A stretch of DNA of 63,340 bases, filler included, from Cercozoa sp. M6MM (taxonomy: Eukaryota; Protista; Endomyxa: Ascetosporea): the NCBI GenBank assembly GCA_040357565.1. It is 12 parts of 12 records of this genome, joined end to end, with 100 filler letters (N's around TTAATTAATTAA, not from the genome) between each part and the next. Parts side by side here need not be neighbours in the genome. Positions count along the whole stretch, not along the records: positions 1 to 11,280 come from JBDODJ010000410.1; positions 11,381 to 16,150 come from JBDODJ010001056.1; 10 more parts are not named here. One strand, given 5' to 3'. The notes beneath the pieces were generated by a model that was not told the DNA's origin, did no database searches, and saw only the letters and a list, made by a program, of their open reading frames with translations. Positions 1-13,673 of the stretch are shown one piece after another (positions within the stretch are counted from its first letter, which is position 1; every line of letters starts with the position of its first letter). The position numbers and the translations under genes were made by a program.

Positions 1-970
1 GGTAAAGTGTAGAGCGGGGGGGGGGGTACTGTACCTAGCAGCCGCCACAACACGTACAGTTTCCGACGCATTGTAGAACACCTCGTGTCTGCACCAAACG
101 CGCTACCCCTCTTACACCTAACCCCCTTAACTCCAAAGTAAGAGTACGCGCCTTCGACGTCGTTACGCAGCACGGAGTCGAGCAGAGCGACGGCCGAGTG
201 GTGGCGACTGTTGCCGAGTGCGATCAGCGCACTGAACAAGATTGTGTTGGGTTACAAGACAGGCTTGCTTGAGGTACTAAACGCAGAGAGGTACTGGGCG
301 CGGCGGCGTCGTAGAACAGCGAGAGCTGACGCGTGGTACATTTCGTCCACGTGCTGCAGGTCCAGTGTCGTGCTACTCGTCAGAGTGACCACGTGTCGCT
401 CCAGTTGCTCGTGCACGTGCGCAGTCTGAGTGTTTCGCTCGGTGGCCACTGGATCGTCCACCGTCACCGTCAGTGGACACTGCACCTCACTGTCCGGACA
501 ACAACATTGTCTGAAGGTAGTACACTCCTCCACCTCACATCCAAAGTACCTGTCATGGTGGTGCAGCGAGTCACCCAGCACACCAAGCGTGTCTATGGCG
601 GCACGTGCCAACTGGTCCGCGCGGATGGCTTCCGCTTCATCTAGCGACAGCTCCGTCGGCAGTGCTTGGTTTTTCTAGGGGAGGGGGTAGAAGGTAAGTG
701 GTAGGTTAGGGTGTAAAGGTAAGACTACCAGGTTGATTAAGGCGGCCAGGAGCGACTCGGACTTCCATCGCCACGACATCGAAGCTTGCACGGCAGCGAT
801 GCGCATGTCGACTCCGTAGTCGGCACTGTTGCGAATCACCTCCGACACTGCGTCCAAGGCACGGCACAAACTGGAGTGTGCCAGCTGCTGCGGCACTCGC
901 GGGAACAGGTCGTTCGTTGCTTCCACCAGCACACTCAGCACGGCATTGGCCACGGCGCGAGACTCGTTCT

Positions 971-1006
<36 letters not shown>

Positions 1007-4000
1007 CTATATATTTATAAGTTTATATATATATATATATCTGTATACATCTATGTCTATATCTATATATATTATATATATATATATACCTGTATATAAA
1101 TGTACCTTGATCAAGTCGAGATGTTCGGCCAGCTGCAGCAAGGCGGCGTTGCGACCAGCACTGAGGCGGTTGCGCAGCGTCTGCGTCGTTCGCGCCAGTT
1201 TCTTTGTCGACGCGTAGGTCTGGTCAAGACAATATATGTATATCTATATCTATATATACAGATATAAACGCACAGACTAGACTAGTATTTATCTGGTGAA
1301 GAAGCTACCGAGGAGATGTTGCTGATGTCGCTTTGCATCTCGCTGAGAGGATAAGGCTGCGCCGGCGCCGTCTGCCAGATGCGCGCCGTGAAGTTAACCG
1401 ACTTGAGCGGCGCCTGAGCCGTGGCCGACGGCCAAGTCAGTTGAGACAGTGCCGACAGGGTGTTCGGCAGTTCCGGGAATCTCTCCGATAGTTCCGACGT
1501 GCTCTGACGCCAAATTGTTACCTGCAGCAGGAAACACTCCAGTTCAGTTCAGTTCAGTCAGTTTCAAAACTAAAGACAGGATAGCGTACAGTGGCATCAG
1601 TTCGCATCGACGGAATCTCTCGCAGGTGCTGCCGCATCGCACGTGCCAGTTCTTGTCGCGCTGACTTCTTCAGGAAGTTCACCGTCGGCTTGAACGGCTA
1701 CAGCACCCAAACAAAACGGCATGTTTGGAGCTGGACCCACCTGGCGAAAGCGTCTAAATTACCTCAGCAGAATCCAAATCAAAGACCCAGTGGGCTGCAT
1801 CGCCTGCTTGCAGTGTCTGTACGCCCAAGGACACCTTTTGCAGAGACGAGAGCAACACAGACGACGAGAGAGAGTTGCCGCCCGATTGAATCCTGAAAAA
1901 CAAAAGTATCGATATCGATCGGGTCGGGTCATGTCATTCATTACCAGGTCCAAGCTTCGGTGGGTACGATCGCAAACTTGTCTGCCGCATTGTCAAAGTA
2001 AGAGGCCGGCGCGAACCACACGTCACCAGTGTCCTCCAACACGGCCACACCTGCTCAGACATAAATATAAGTTACAAAGGAAAACACACTCGATCAATTG
2101 CAAAGCCAAAACTGGTACAACAACTGACCAACAAAGCTGCCGTTGCCGGTCTGAAGGAGCGACACGTCGACGAACGAGGTGTTCATAGGCGTCACACAGT
2201 ACCAAGGCGACACCTTGTCATTGATGAGCGTGGCCATCATCACGGCACCGTCGCTGCACAACTTCCAGTCAGTCGGGAGTGTTCCAGTTCGAAACCAAGA
2301 TGAACCGACCTCATTCGAACAGCGCCAACGAGAGTGTGAGTCAGCGAAAGCGCGACAGACTCAATTTTCGTCAAAGCCGGCGCGTTCTATGCCCAGAAAA
2401 ATACGAGAACTGAAAAGAAACAAAAGCGAGGGGCACCTGTGGCATCAAGTAGTTCGACTCGAACGCGGCGTGTTCCACGTCCGAGAGATTGTTGTAGGCT
2501 GCATAGTCAAAGGCCGAAATGGTCAGGTCATCCCAGCGAAAGGCAGTCAAGTTGGTGTTGTTCAACAGCACGACGTAAGGGAAACTGTCGAACTCGACTC
2601 CCACGCCAAACACAGTGAGTGGCTCAGTCGTCAGAGGGGTCGGATTGGCAAGCGCCGCGATTTGCCGCTCTCCCAAGGAAGAGTCGCCGTGCGCAGTGTC
2701 CACAGCCTCCTCCACCTGCGAGGGCACAAAGAAACGCATGCGGCCGCTGCTGTCGGTGTCGTGCGACCAGTTGAGTCGGTGCCAGTCAGGTCGCGTGTCG
2801 TCCAAACTGACACTGCTGTCGACAGTGATGCGTGCCGTGTGCATCTCGCCCAATACATCCAGCACTGTCACGATCATGGTGTTGCCCGACGTTACCGACA
2901 GCGAGGCATGCAGGGCATGCGAGTCCAACTGTAGCCACATGTCAGTTAATACACCACCACACAGACCGAGACTCGGAGAAATACCGTCTCACTCAGGTGG
3001 CGAGCAAAGTCTATACTGCCGTCAGCATAGGTACACACGAGTACAACAGTGCCGTCCAGCACAATGACGGCGAGACAGGCGGCAGTCTTGTCCGTGGTCA
3101 GTTTGACCTCTGAAGCTGAAACGACACCGGCGATTCCGGACTCGGTAAGGTTCACGTTCTGCACAAGAAACACTCATCTGACTGACTCGACAAATACAAC
3201 AGAAGGCAAACAGAAGGCTTATGTAGGTGTATACCTCTCGTTCGATGGCAAGGCGTCCACCAATGGTGACTCGGTCGAACATGCCGTCGTGCCGCGTGTC
3301 GGTGCCGTTTTGCTCGAGGCCCATGGTGCTGCGGTCGCGCTTCACGTCTAGTTCGTCGAATAGCATGTCGAACTCCTCGTCGGCGTTCTCGTACCAGTAG
3401 AGCCAGGTGTCCTGGGTACGCACCATACACATAACAGTACACTGTATATATCTATCTGTACATTATCTAGAGAAGTTAAAGTTAAAGCTACCGTATCACC
3501 GAACTGGATGGTACTGCGCATCGTGAACAGCTGCTCAACCTTGGCTGTCACGTCGACTTCTTGTCCCTGTCCATGCGGTAGTCCCGTTGTACTATAGTAC
3601 GGTCCAACAAAGAACTGGAGCAAGCAAACGTACCGAGGTGAACAACACTGGGCCAAACTTGTCGGCGCACAGCATGGCATCCTCGCGGCGGTGCGACATG
3701 GTTTCGGTGGAGTGGTCCACCTGCTGCGGCATGGCCAGTCGGTTCGTCGAGTGCTGCGGCCGCGACTCGGGCAGGTGCAGCGCCTCGCAGCGACGGTAGC
3801 ACCTGGGGGGACAAATATATATATCAAAAATATTTATATGTAGATATACTCATTTTCTCTATATGCCTTTTAATGTATATCTTTATATATTTTCTATAAT
3901 ATGGTGTCTGCATTCAATATTCAATATACATATGTATACTTTGTATATATAGTATCTTATCTCTCACGATAGATATAGAACAGCTGTGTTGAAGTACGCA

Positions 4001-7000
4001 GCAGGCAGGTCGCTGTCGTGCGCGTAGGAAACCACAGGCAGCAGACCGTCGTCGAGACTGTCAGCGGCGTTGGCGACCACTTTGCGACGGTGGTGCAGCA
4101 TCTGCAGCGCCGAGGCCACGGTGCGCATGTTGTGCAGCTGCTCCAGGTCGCTCTGCGAGCCGGCAGACCCCGGGCCAGTGAGACTGCTGTAGACCAGCTG
4201 ACCGGTCGCGTCGAGTCCGTTGATCTCGTAGGTGTCATGCAGCACCTCCTCGATCAGGTTGTCCGGAATAATCACTTGGTCCAGCAGTGTCGTGTCACAT
4301 CGCTGTGTCAACACCACCGAAAACGTCGACTCCGACTACCGGGGAGGTAGGGGTAAAGAGGATGGGCTGAGAGGGAAGGGGTAGTTGGGGTCAAAGCTAC
4401 CTGCGAAGCCACCTGTTCGCAGTGCTGTCTCATGGCTTCGGCTGCAGCATCCTGGCCACCTTGCACATTGTGACACGTCGGCGGCAGCAGCGTGGCACGG
4501 AAGGTCACTGTGCCTTGCTGCAGCGAGTGCTCCAGTGGTCGCACATGCAGTACCAGCACCGAGGTGACATCGGTGCCGTGTGATTCGCCCTTGGACGACG
4601 AAGACGCACCCGTACTGACAAAGTAGGTCAGAATCACGTTGCCATCGCTGTCCTCGGGAAGGTCGAAGCCTGCAATACACGAATTTATATATATATATGT
4701 ATGTGTGTAGTATCTAAATTTCGATGTAGTAGGCTACGTGGATCGTCCTTGTTCTGCAGCATCTGACACAGACTGAAGGTGTGGACCGGGTGATACGGCA
4801 CGTGTTCCTGCGCAGGTGCTTCAGTCCCAGTGCCCAGTTCAGGAGTTGGCAGATGTCGCGGCAGTCGGCGGAACAAGGACTCCTGCACGGCCTGCACGTA
4901 GTGCGCCGAGGCACGCAGAGCGCCCGAGTGCGACAGCACCTGCCGCTCCTGCTGCACGCGCGCGGCGTCGGCCTCCAGTCGCTCGATTGGCAGCAAGCGC
5001 CGGTGCGCTGCACTCGTGTGCGTATGCGGAATCTACACTTTCCTCGAATGGATAGACGGATGGGTCTTTTTCATGGATTAGATGAATGGGTAGGGAGGTA
5101 GATCGAAAGACAGATAGCTAAAAATAGATATAGGGAGATAGATCGACAGACAGATCGATAGAAATATACACCTATAAGATGGAAATAAACATGAATAGGT
5201 CGGTGAGATATAATGCACTCCTACCAGACTGTAGTTCTCGCTCATCATAATTTTGCGTCCACGAAGGCCGTGCTTGCGGAGTCGAATCTGCGTGCCTCGG
5301 ATCGAGTGCAGCATCTCGCCGCCATCTGTGTATTAATACATAGGAGCCATATTATGTATATAATGAAATTATTATAACAGATTGATACATATAATACAAT
5401 TTAATATATATATATATATATGTACATATATACATTCCATACACTATATACAGTGTACCACCAGCATCGTCGAGTGTGATCCTGAGAGTGCCGACGGCAT
5501 GCAGCACGGGCGAGTTCAGGTGTAGCCACTCGCACGTGCCGGTGGACCGCAGGGCGTACTTGGTCGGGGACGTCAGGTGCGTCAGGCACGAGGTGTCGCG
5601 CCACTCCATCGGCCGCAGTGACTCCGAGTCGGCCAGCACGTGCACCAACAAGGTTGTCGGTGCGTCGTCGGTGCCGGGTCGCACGTGCACCTCCGAGGCA
5701 GTCGTAACGAACTGTAGCAACTCGAGTGGTACTCATCTCCTTGTATAATACGCCCTTCAGTAGTCCAAACAGTGACTGTACCTCAATGCCGTCAATGTAC
5801 TCGGTCAGAACGACAGTGTTGTCGACCAGGTTGGTGACGGTGACACTCACAGCATGAGTGACATAGGTCAGAGTGACCACGAGGTCACCGTCAGCACTGC
5901 TAGAGGTCTGCGAGGTCGACGGTTCCTCCGCGAGGTCGCACAGTGGCCACCAGTTGCGTCCGCCGGTGTCGGCCTCCAGTGTCACCGTCTTGTGCACCGG
6001 TGTACTTTGCACCGTGCGCTCCTCTGTGTTGGCACGTGTCACAGTGACCACATGGGGTGGAGCAGTTGGAAGGGAACAGTTAAGGTAACAGTTAGGAAGG
6101 AAGGTACCAGTGATGCCAGTGGGCGCGTGCGTGTGCACCAGAGTGACCACAGTGCGTGTGCACGTCACACTGACGCCGAGGTTGTCTAGAGCGTCGGCGT
6201 ATCGTTCCGGCGTTTCCACTGTGTCGACTGCGCCCAGGTGCAGTTTCGGCCCGTAGACGCAGCCGTTGACGCAGAGCTGCGACACGTCGACAGGCCGAGT
6301 CACCGCGGCCACCAGTGCCTGGATGTCGGCCTGCACCTGCGAGGCACGTGCACTCGTGTGGGTGAAGATGGACACCCACAAAGGCAGTGGCGACGCTGGT
6401 GCCGACACTTGCGACTGCGGGGTCTGTTGGGGAAGGGGGTAAGGTAGGGGTAAAAAGGGGAAATAAGGTGGCGTACCTTCTGCAAAAGGTCGGCGTAGAT
6501 AACCGTCGTGACCGACAGAACTCGCGCCAGTTCGGGAAACGCCGTTTCTTCCTCCACACCGAGGTCCTCGGCCGAGATGTGCACCACGCCTAGGGTCAAC
6601 AGGAGGGTAAATAACAGGGTCAACTGGGGGGGGGTAACTAGAGGTTTAACAGGAAGTAAACAGGGGCAAACAGGGGGTAAACAGGGGTAAACAGGGGAGT
6701 AAACGGGGGGGGGGGGGGGGTCAGAAAAGTAGCGGGCTACCAGCAGCGTCGGTGGCACGAATGAGCGTTCTCAAGTCGGCCGTGATATCAACAGCCTCGG
6801 CAAACTATAGTTACTTCAGGATTCTTCTGTTTTACTTAAAGGGCGAAAGCTAGTACCTCGGAGGCCTCCGAGTGCATCCGGACCGACGCTGACTCATTCA
6901 CCAGTCGGAAAGAGTCGCCCTGAAGGAGCAGGGGTAATGTGGGGGGGGGTAAGCAGCAGGGGTAAACAGCAGGGGGTAAACAGCAGGGTAAACGGGGGTA

Positions 7001-10000
7001 GTACGTAGATAAACGGAGTAAAGAGCATGGCGAAAGGTGTCGGCGCACGTGTGGCACGTGGGAACACGCCTATTGGCGCACTCCCGTAATACAACGACTC
7101 CAGTTGGCTCATGCCCCGGACAGGCGTGTCACTTCGCTCGCCGTAGCCCAGATTGAACGTATAGGCCTTGTGTATGGTCGCCACACGTCCGCGTGGAAGG
7201 TGACCGGTGCCGCACATGTCTTCCAGCGAGACACCGATGCGCGGCACGCACTGACCGTCCTTCGAGTCGGTGTCATTCTGACCGGGACAGTAGACACATC
7301 GCGTCGACGACGAGTGCGTGCATTGGTAGGCGTTGCTCTCGTCGGCACCTAACGTATCCTTAAATAGTACCCTTGATTAACACCCCTTAAACACCCTTAA
7401 TCTACACCCCTAAACTATTACCCCATACATACCCTAATAAATACCTCAATAAATATTCGATTACCACTTCAATTAAAATACCCCATATTAATGTACACCA
7501 CTTAATCAATACCATATCCCCCTTAGGTACACTCAGTCCTCCTTAATAGGCACAGAAACGCACAGGTGCGACGGAAGCGGAAGCGGAAGGACAGGACGCG
7601 CGACGGCTCGCCGGTGTTGGCGAAGTGCGCCGTGGCGCGAATCGTCAGCACGGCGTCGGTGTCGGCGAGGCTCCAGTCCGGCAGCTGCGGCAGCTCCAGC
7701 GACGTCGACGTGTTGGACACCGCCAGCGACTCCTGCCGACATGCACACCGACACACACATCGACACACACACACGCACACACATATATATATATATATAT
7801 ATCTATGTCTACAATATCTAGGATTTATATATATCGATAAGTAGACGTTTTTGTATTTGTATATCCGTAAACACGGATAAAAAAACAAAATAAACGCGTA
7901 TACATATATGTATATTAACATATAGATTAGAGCAATAGAGGTATAGACAAAACTTTATAAATAGATAATAGGTACCTAGATAGAGGATATATACATTGTA
8001 TGTACAATATATATTACATAGTATGTTGAGTTGGTACCACAGACAGGTCGGGACGCACGAGATCCCAGTGCACGCTGGTGTAGCCATAGCCATAGACACG
8101 CAGCATTCGCAGGTACACGTGGTCGCCCTGCATGAGCCACGCGGTGCGACGGTAGCTGAAACTAACGGGTTCGTCGCCGAACGAGTCGCGGAAACCGTCA
8201 ATGTCGATGTAGATACCGTTGATCTGGACCTTGAGATCGGCTCGCCGAGCCACGTTGCTCACGATGAGGTACTGTTCCGACGAACCGTAGGTCACCAGCA
8301 CTTCCTCACCTAGGGTGGGGAGGAGTAAACATGGGGATAAACAGGGGTTAAACAGGGGGTAAAGCCAAGAGTAAATAAGGAGAGTAGGAGGAAGTAAAGG
8401 TACCATCGATTCGAGAGAAGGAGGAAGCAGGAGGCTTCAGCACCGTCACTGGCGACGAGAACTGTCTCCGCACGGAGGCGCCTTGGTCAGTGAAAAGAGG
8501 GTGCTGCGTTTCCTCCACTGTCACACTGCCGCCGACACTCGCCGTCGATACCGTCAGCTGCTTCAGCTGCGTCCTCTCCTTTAGTACTGGGGGGGGGGGG
8601 ATAATCAGAAGGTAAACAGGAGTGGGGTAAAGTGGGGGGTCTAGGAGGGTAGGGGGTAACCCACGCTGCAGCAAGTAGTCGGCCATGGTGGCCGGCGGAA
8701 CAGAAAAGACAACGAGTGCCACGCCAGGCGAGCCTGCCCCAGAGGAGGCGCCAAGACGAGCCTTGGGAAGCAGCACCTCGGCGTACCGATCAGTCGCATC
8801 CACAAACTTGTTCAGGTTCCACAAGCCTTGCATGTCCAGCACCGTCTACAGGGGGTGGGGGTATCGGGGGAAGGGGTAACCAAGTAGGTAACAGGCAGGT
8901 AAACAGGGGGGTAAACAGGGGGTAGAGATCCTACTGGAACCCAGTCGGCGCGTGCAGCGACTTGGAGAATTCCATCCGCCACAGTCAAAAAGTCCAGCGT
9001 ATTCTGTCCACACACACACGGGTAAAACTGGACTACGGACCGGGTCAAGACTGGACCGGACTGGACCAGGACAGGACAGGATTGTGTACCGAGGAGTCGG
9101 CACCCAGGTCCAGCACCACTAACAAAACGACGTCGCTGTTTCGCTGCGCCTGTCGCAGCAGGGCCGCCGTGTCTGCACACACCGACCGACAGGCGTGTTC
9201 GCGTAAACCAACGGCACACCTAGACAGTACAGTTGTACCTGTGTTGGCTACGTTGGCTACATCGACGGCGTAGCCATGCGACTGCATTCGCTGGGCCAGT
9301 TCCACACCTGGGGGGGGGGGGGGTAAACAGAGAAGTGAACAGGGCGGTAAACAGGAAGTAAAAAGGGGGTTAACAGGGGGAGGTAAACAGGGGGTAAACA
9401 GGAGACATACTCTTGGCCAGCACCGCCTGGCGCAAGGTGGCATCACTCGACGGCGAGGCAGCGTGCAGCAGAATGACGCGCACGCCAGGTGCACTCGACA
9501 GCTGCGGCAGGTCGTACGGCCAGTCGGCGGGAGGCACCGTCTCCGTATCCACAATGTAGCCGTTGTATCGCATGTTAGAGCCAAAGGCTAAAACCTCCCA
9601 ATCATTCTTGCACCTGCCATACACCATATATGTTGATAGATATTGTATTACATCTATATATATATATAATCATCATAATATAGATTTACCAAACAGAATA
9701 AGTGTCGGGCGCAGTTTTGTTGGCCACGGCGTACACGTCCAGCTGGAGCTCTTTGCTGCATATATGGATATAGACATAGAGATAGAGATATAGAGGGATA
9801 TATATCTACAAAGGAACCTCTCAGTGAGGACAGGTGTCTCGTGAATGTCCAGCGTCAGGGTGGCCCACGAACACACGGCAGGGGGCGCACTCTCGAAGGA
9901 CACGTGCGTCGCCTCCGTCGGCAGCTGCACCAGCGTCGACGTTGTCGTGGCTTGCAGCTGTATATATATATATATATATATAGACACAGTGACATAGAAA

Positions 10001-11280
10001 CATATACATACATATATGTATACACATGCATATAGACCGACAATACATATAGCTGCAGTATGCACTCATACCTGCAAGGAGTGGAGCAGTGTCTCCTGTG
10101 CCGACACAGAGGTGGGTGCCGACCAGTAGAACTTGTTGGGCCCACCACTGACCCAACTGTCCGACTGCACGGGCACACCGACGCAGTTGTTTCGGTACTC
10201 GGCCACTGTACCTCCCGGGACACACTGCTGCGACTGCTGACACCAGGCGCACCGTGTCACCGCGGCCGTGCCGACACACGCATGCGCCGACTCGATCGAC
10301 TCGCACGAGTCGTGCCACACAAAGCTCCATCTATGGGGAGGGGGGCAAACAGAGGGGTAAACAGGGGGCAGGGAGTAAACTGGGGGTAAACAGGAGTAAA
10401 AGGGGGTAAACAGGGGGTAAACAGGGGTGAACAGGGGTAAAATCGCAACCGGTAGGGTGGCAGCAGCTGTCGCTCGACTGGTAGAGCCGTTGCTCTGACC
10501 GTGCAGGCACCCGAGGAGTCGGAGCACTCGTGCTGCGAAAGGTACCGGTGCACCTGCCTGGCCTCGACCCGGTGTCTGCCTGCACTGAGTACTCCTGCCT
10601 CGCCTGCGATACGGAAGGCCTCGCCCTGCAGGGGCAGAGGGTAAACAGAGGGTAGGGGTAAAGGGTAAACAGGAGGGTATAGACCCACCGTGGCAATGGG
10701 ACGACCGTCCAGGAACCATTGGGTCACCGACTCGCCCGTCGACTCGGCTCGAAGAGTGAACTACATTGAGCATAGATTAGCGTCTTCCCCCAGTCCCTTA
10801 CCCCTTACCCTCCTACCCCAGGACATAAGTACAGAGTCGCCGGGCAGCAGCGTAGTATCGCAGCGTTGATCGCCGGTGGACACGTCGACTCGACCGGGCG
10901 TACGAAGACCGGTCTGTCCACACAAGTCTCATCGTACCCCCTTTTGTTTACCTTTTGTTTACCCCCCCCCCCCTGTTATCCCCTCTCTACCCCTCCCCCC
11001 GCAAGTACAGTGCACCAGCACATTGTCGCCCGGTCCGTGAAGCACAGTGCTCGGAATCGTCGTAGCAACGGCAGCGTAACCCTGATAGAATAAAGATAGA
11101 CAGCAGGGGTGGCTACAAGGGGTGGCTAACAAGGGTGGCTACAAGGGCGGCTACAAGTATACCACATAGGGAGCCACTTGAGCCACATCGTTGTCCATCT
11201 GGACGAAGCGAGCCGCGTTGTGCAAATAGACGCCGGCGTTTTCCATCCATCCGGTCGGCACGATGCCGGCCCACCTCGCC
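1..11280 (-). CDS. Very large multi-exon protein, partial at both ends, with a PSI/plexin-like Cys module; probably extracellular or surface; may be more than one gene
   Basis: A chain of minus-strand exons is separated by GT..AG introns across the whole contig. The exon at about 10070-10330 reads C-x7-C-x8-CAWCQQSQQC (PSI-like). The rest is beta-rich then helical, with no recognised family. Confidence 0.5.
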
Positions 11281-11380
11281 NNNNNNNNNNNNNNNNNNNN
11301 NNNNNNNNNNNNNNNNNNNNNNNNTTAATTAATTAANNNNNNNNNNNNNNNNNNNNNNNNNNNNNNNNNNNNNNNNNNNN
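11281..11380. other. Artificial contig spacer (N44-TTAATTAATTAA-N44); the same spacer occurs near 16151, 19502, 22693, 32204, 37149, 38539, 41577, 46919, 50966 and 61657
   Basis: The same ~100-nt N block with a six-frame-stop palindrome occurs 11 times. Plain N gaps at 38079, 48428 and 59350 are scaffold gaps. Confidence 0.97.
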
Positions 11381-11431
<51 letters not shown>

Positions 11432-11440
11432 GCGTGCGTG

Positions 11441-11480
<40 letters not shown>

Positions 11481-11509
11481 TGTGGATGTGTTTGTGTGTG
11501 TCGGTGCAG

Positions 11510-13640
11510 ACTAGACGAAGTGAATGGTCTTCAACCGGGTGTAAGTTACAGTAGTACGCAGAGTGAACAAGTGCGATGTCGATATCGATATACCGAGAAT
11601 TGCAGCCTCTGAACGACGCTCTTCCAGGCGGATATTCGGTACCACTTAGACGTTCAACTCAGCCGTGTTTGCACGTGTGTTTACTAAGCTGTTGTATAAT
11701 ACCTGCTGCAGTTGCAATCGCACGAGTATGCTGACAACAAGAAATATGACGCTCAGTTCTTTGCTTTGAATGCGCACTCAAGTACCGTTGTTGCACCTTC
11801 ATACTGGTATTATCTCTGAGCTGGATTCGCTGTTGGTGTAGTGCCTACGCCGGCGAGCTCCGGGTTTCAGTCAGGCACTGTGCTGCCTGAGCCAGGTATC
11901 ATTTTATCTCAACCGAAACAAGGAACCAACTGAATGTAAATTGATACCATTTCGTGTTAGGCGCCTACGCAATTCTGGGCCACATGTACTCTGGCTCAAG
12001 TATGACCGTCGCTTCGTCTGTTGCCGGCTTTGGAACTCCTGTTCTGTCACTCGCGGCCACGAGCGATCTGCTCAGTGACACGTCAGTCTATCGTACCATT
12101 TGTTTCCTTGTCCAAACCGAACAACTGACCCAGGATATTGTTTTTTTTTTGCGTCTTTCTGTAGCTCACTTCCGTCGCGTGATCGGCACTAACTCGGCCC
12201 AAGTGGATGCGATTGGCTACTTTTTTAAGAGTCTGCGCTGGACGCACCTGTTTGTGATCCACTCCAACGAGCCTTACGGTGCCGACATTGCGCGAACCGT
12301 ATGTTCTCCCATTAAATTACGGTATTTTGGCGCACCCAACGAAACCACAATGCGCAGACTACCGAAGGCATCACAAAATACGGTGTCACGGTGCAAGGTA
12401 GCATGCTCGCCGCCCTCGACGATGTCGCTGCGATGGACGCTGCTCTGCGAGGTACCCAAGCTTCGGCGCTGGCTCGATGTCAAGATCCGCTATGTTTTCA
12501 AACTGTAAAAATGTAGCCGCGGCCGCGAAAGACGTTTACGTGATCCTCATCGCGGGGCATGTGGACTACACTGCTCATGTGCTGTCGCGTGCACATGCTT
12601 TGGGCATGCTGCAAGCACCCTATATGTAGGTCTATTTTGCTTTCTGTCACGAGTCGTGGCTATAGTTTGCCCCCGTTTGTCCTGCAGTTATATGTCATAT
12701 GATGGTGCCGCCACTGACGGCTTCTTCGATGCCTACGTGCACCACCGGTACCTTGAAAGCCGGGGTTTCTGCTTTTATCTATTTACTGTCCCTTCTGTGT
12801 AACAGAGGTGTGGACACGAACAATGCCACGTTGGTCGAAGAGACGAAGAAAGAGGCCGACGGTTTCTTTGCAGTGCGACCGACAGCGCCGGCCAGTCAGT
12901 TGCGCGACGATTTTTGTGCCACGCACTACGGCAGCGCTGACTGTAAGACAGGAACATACATATAAATATAAATATAAATATATATATATATAATATGCGC
13001 ACCCACCCTCTGTAGCCTTGGCGTGCGAGAGTTGGGATCTCCTCGGACGTGACTCTGTCGATGGTATCACTTTTCGTCATTGTGTTGTTGTATGAGGATA
13101 TCACACTATGTTTGTCTGTGTGCACAGCTTTGACACGCAGTCTGACACTGTTGGTGCAGATGCGAACCGACTGCGATGACAACATGGCTGCTTTGCCAGA
13201 TTATGTATCCTTCCCTGCCCTCTTGTTTCCTCCTGTTCTCCGCTGTTTCAGTTCCAGCTATCCCTCTTGTTCCTCTTGTCCCTTCCAGGCCCAGGCACGC
13301 TGCCCGCAGGTATTGGAGGGCACCGTGGTGGGCGAGCGCGACGTGCTGTCGGAACTGCTGCTGCACGTGGACTTTGAGGGCGCCACCGGTCATGTCACCC
13401 TCGACGAGTTCGGCGATCGCGTGGGCGGCTGGGGTGGTACCATGTCACCCTGTTACCCTGTTACCCTGTTAACCTTTTGCCCTTCTCTTATATCTCCTGG
13501 TGAATTAGTGGTCGGTGCCAAGGACGGTGCCTATGCCATGGAACTGGGTCAGGTCAGTGACGACGACTTCGTGTACCTGCTTGTTTTCCCCAATCTGTCT
13601 GTCTATCTACTATCTGTCTGTCTATCTGTCTATATATATA

Positions 13641-13673
<33 letters not shown>

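Noticed and set aside
11325-11336. Palindrome TTAATTAATTAA repeated 11 times
   Set aside because: Always centred in N blocks, so it is an artificial concatenation linker.
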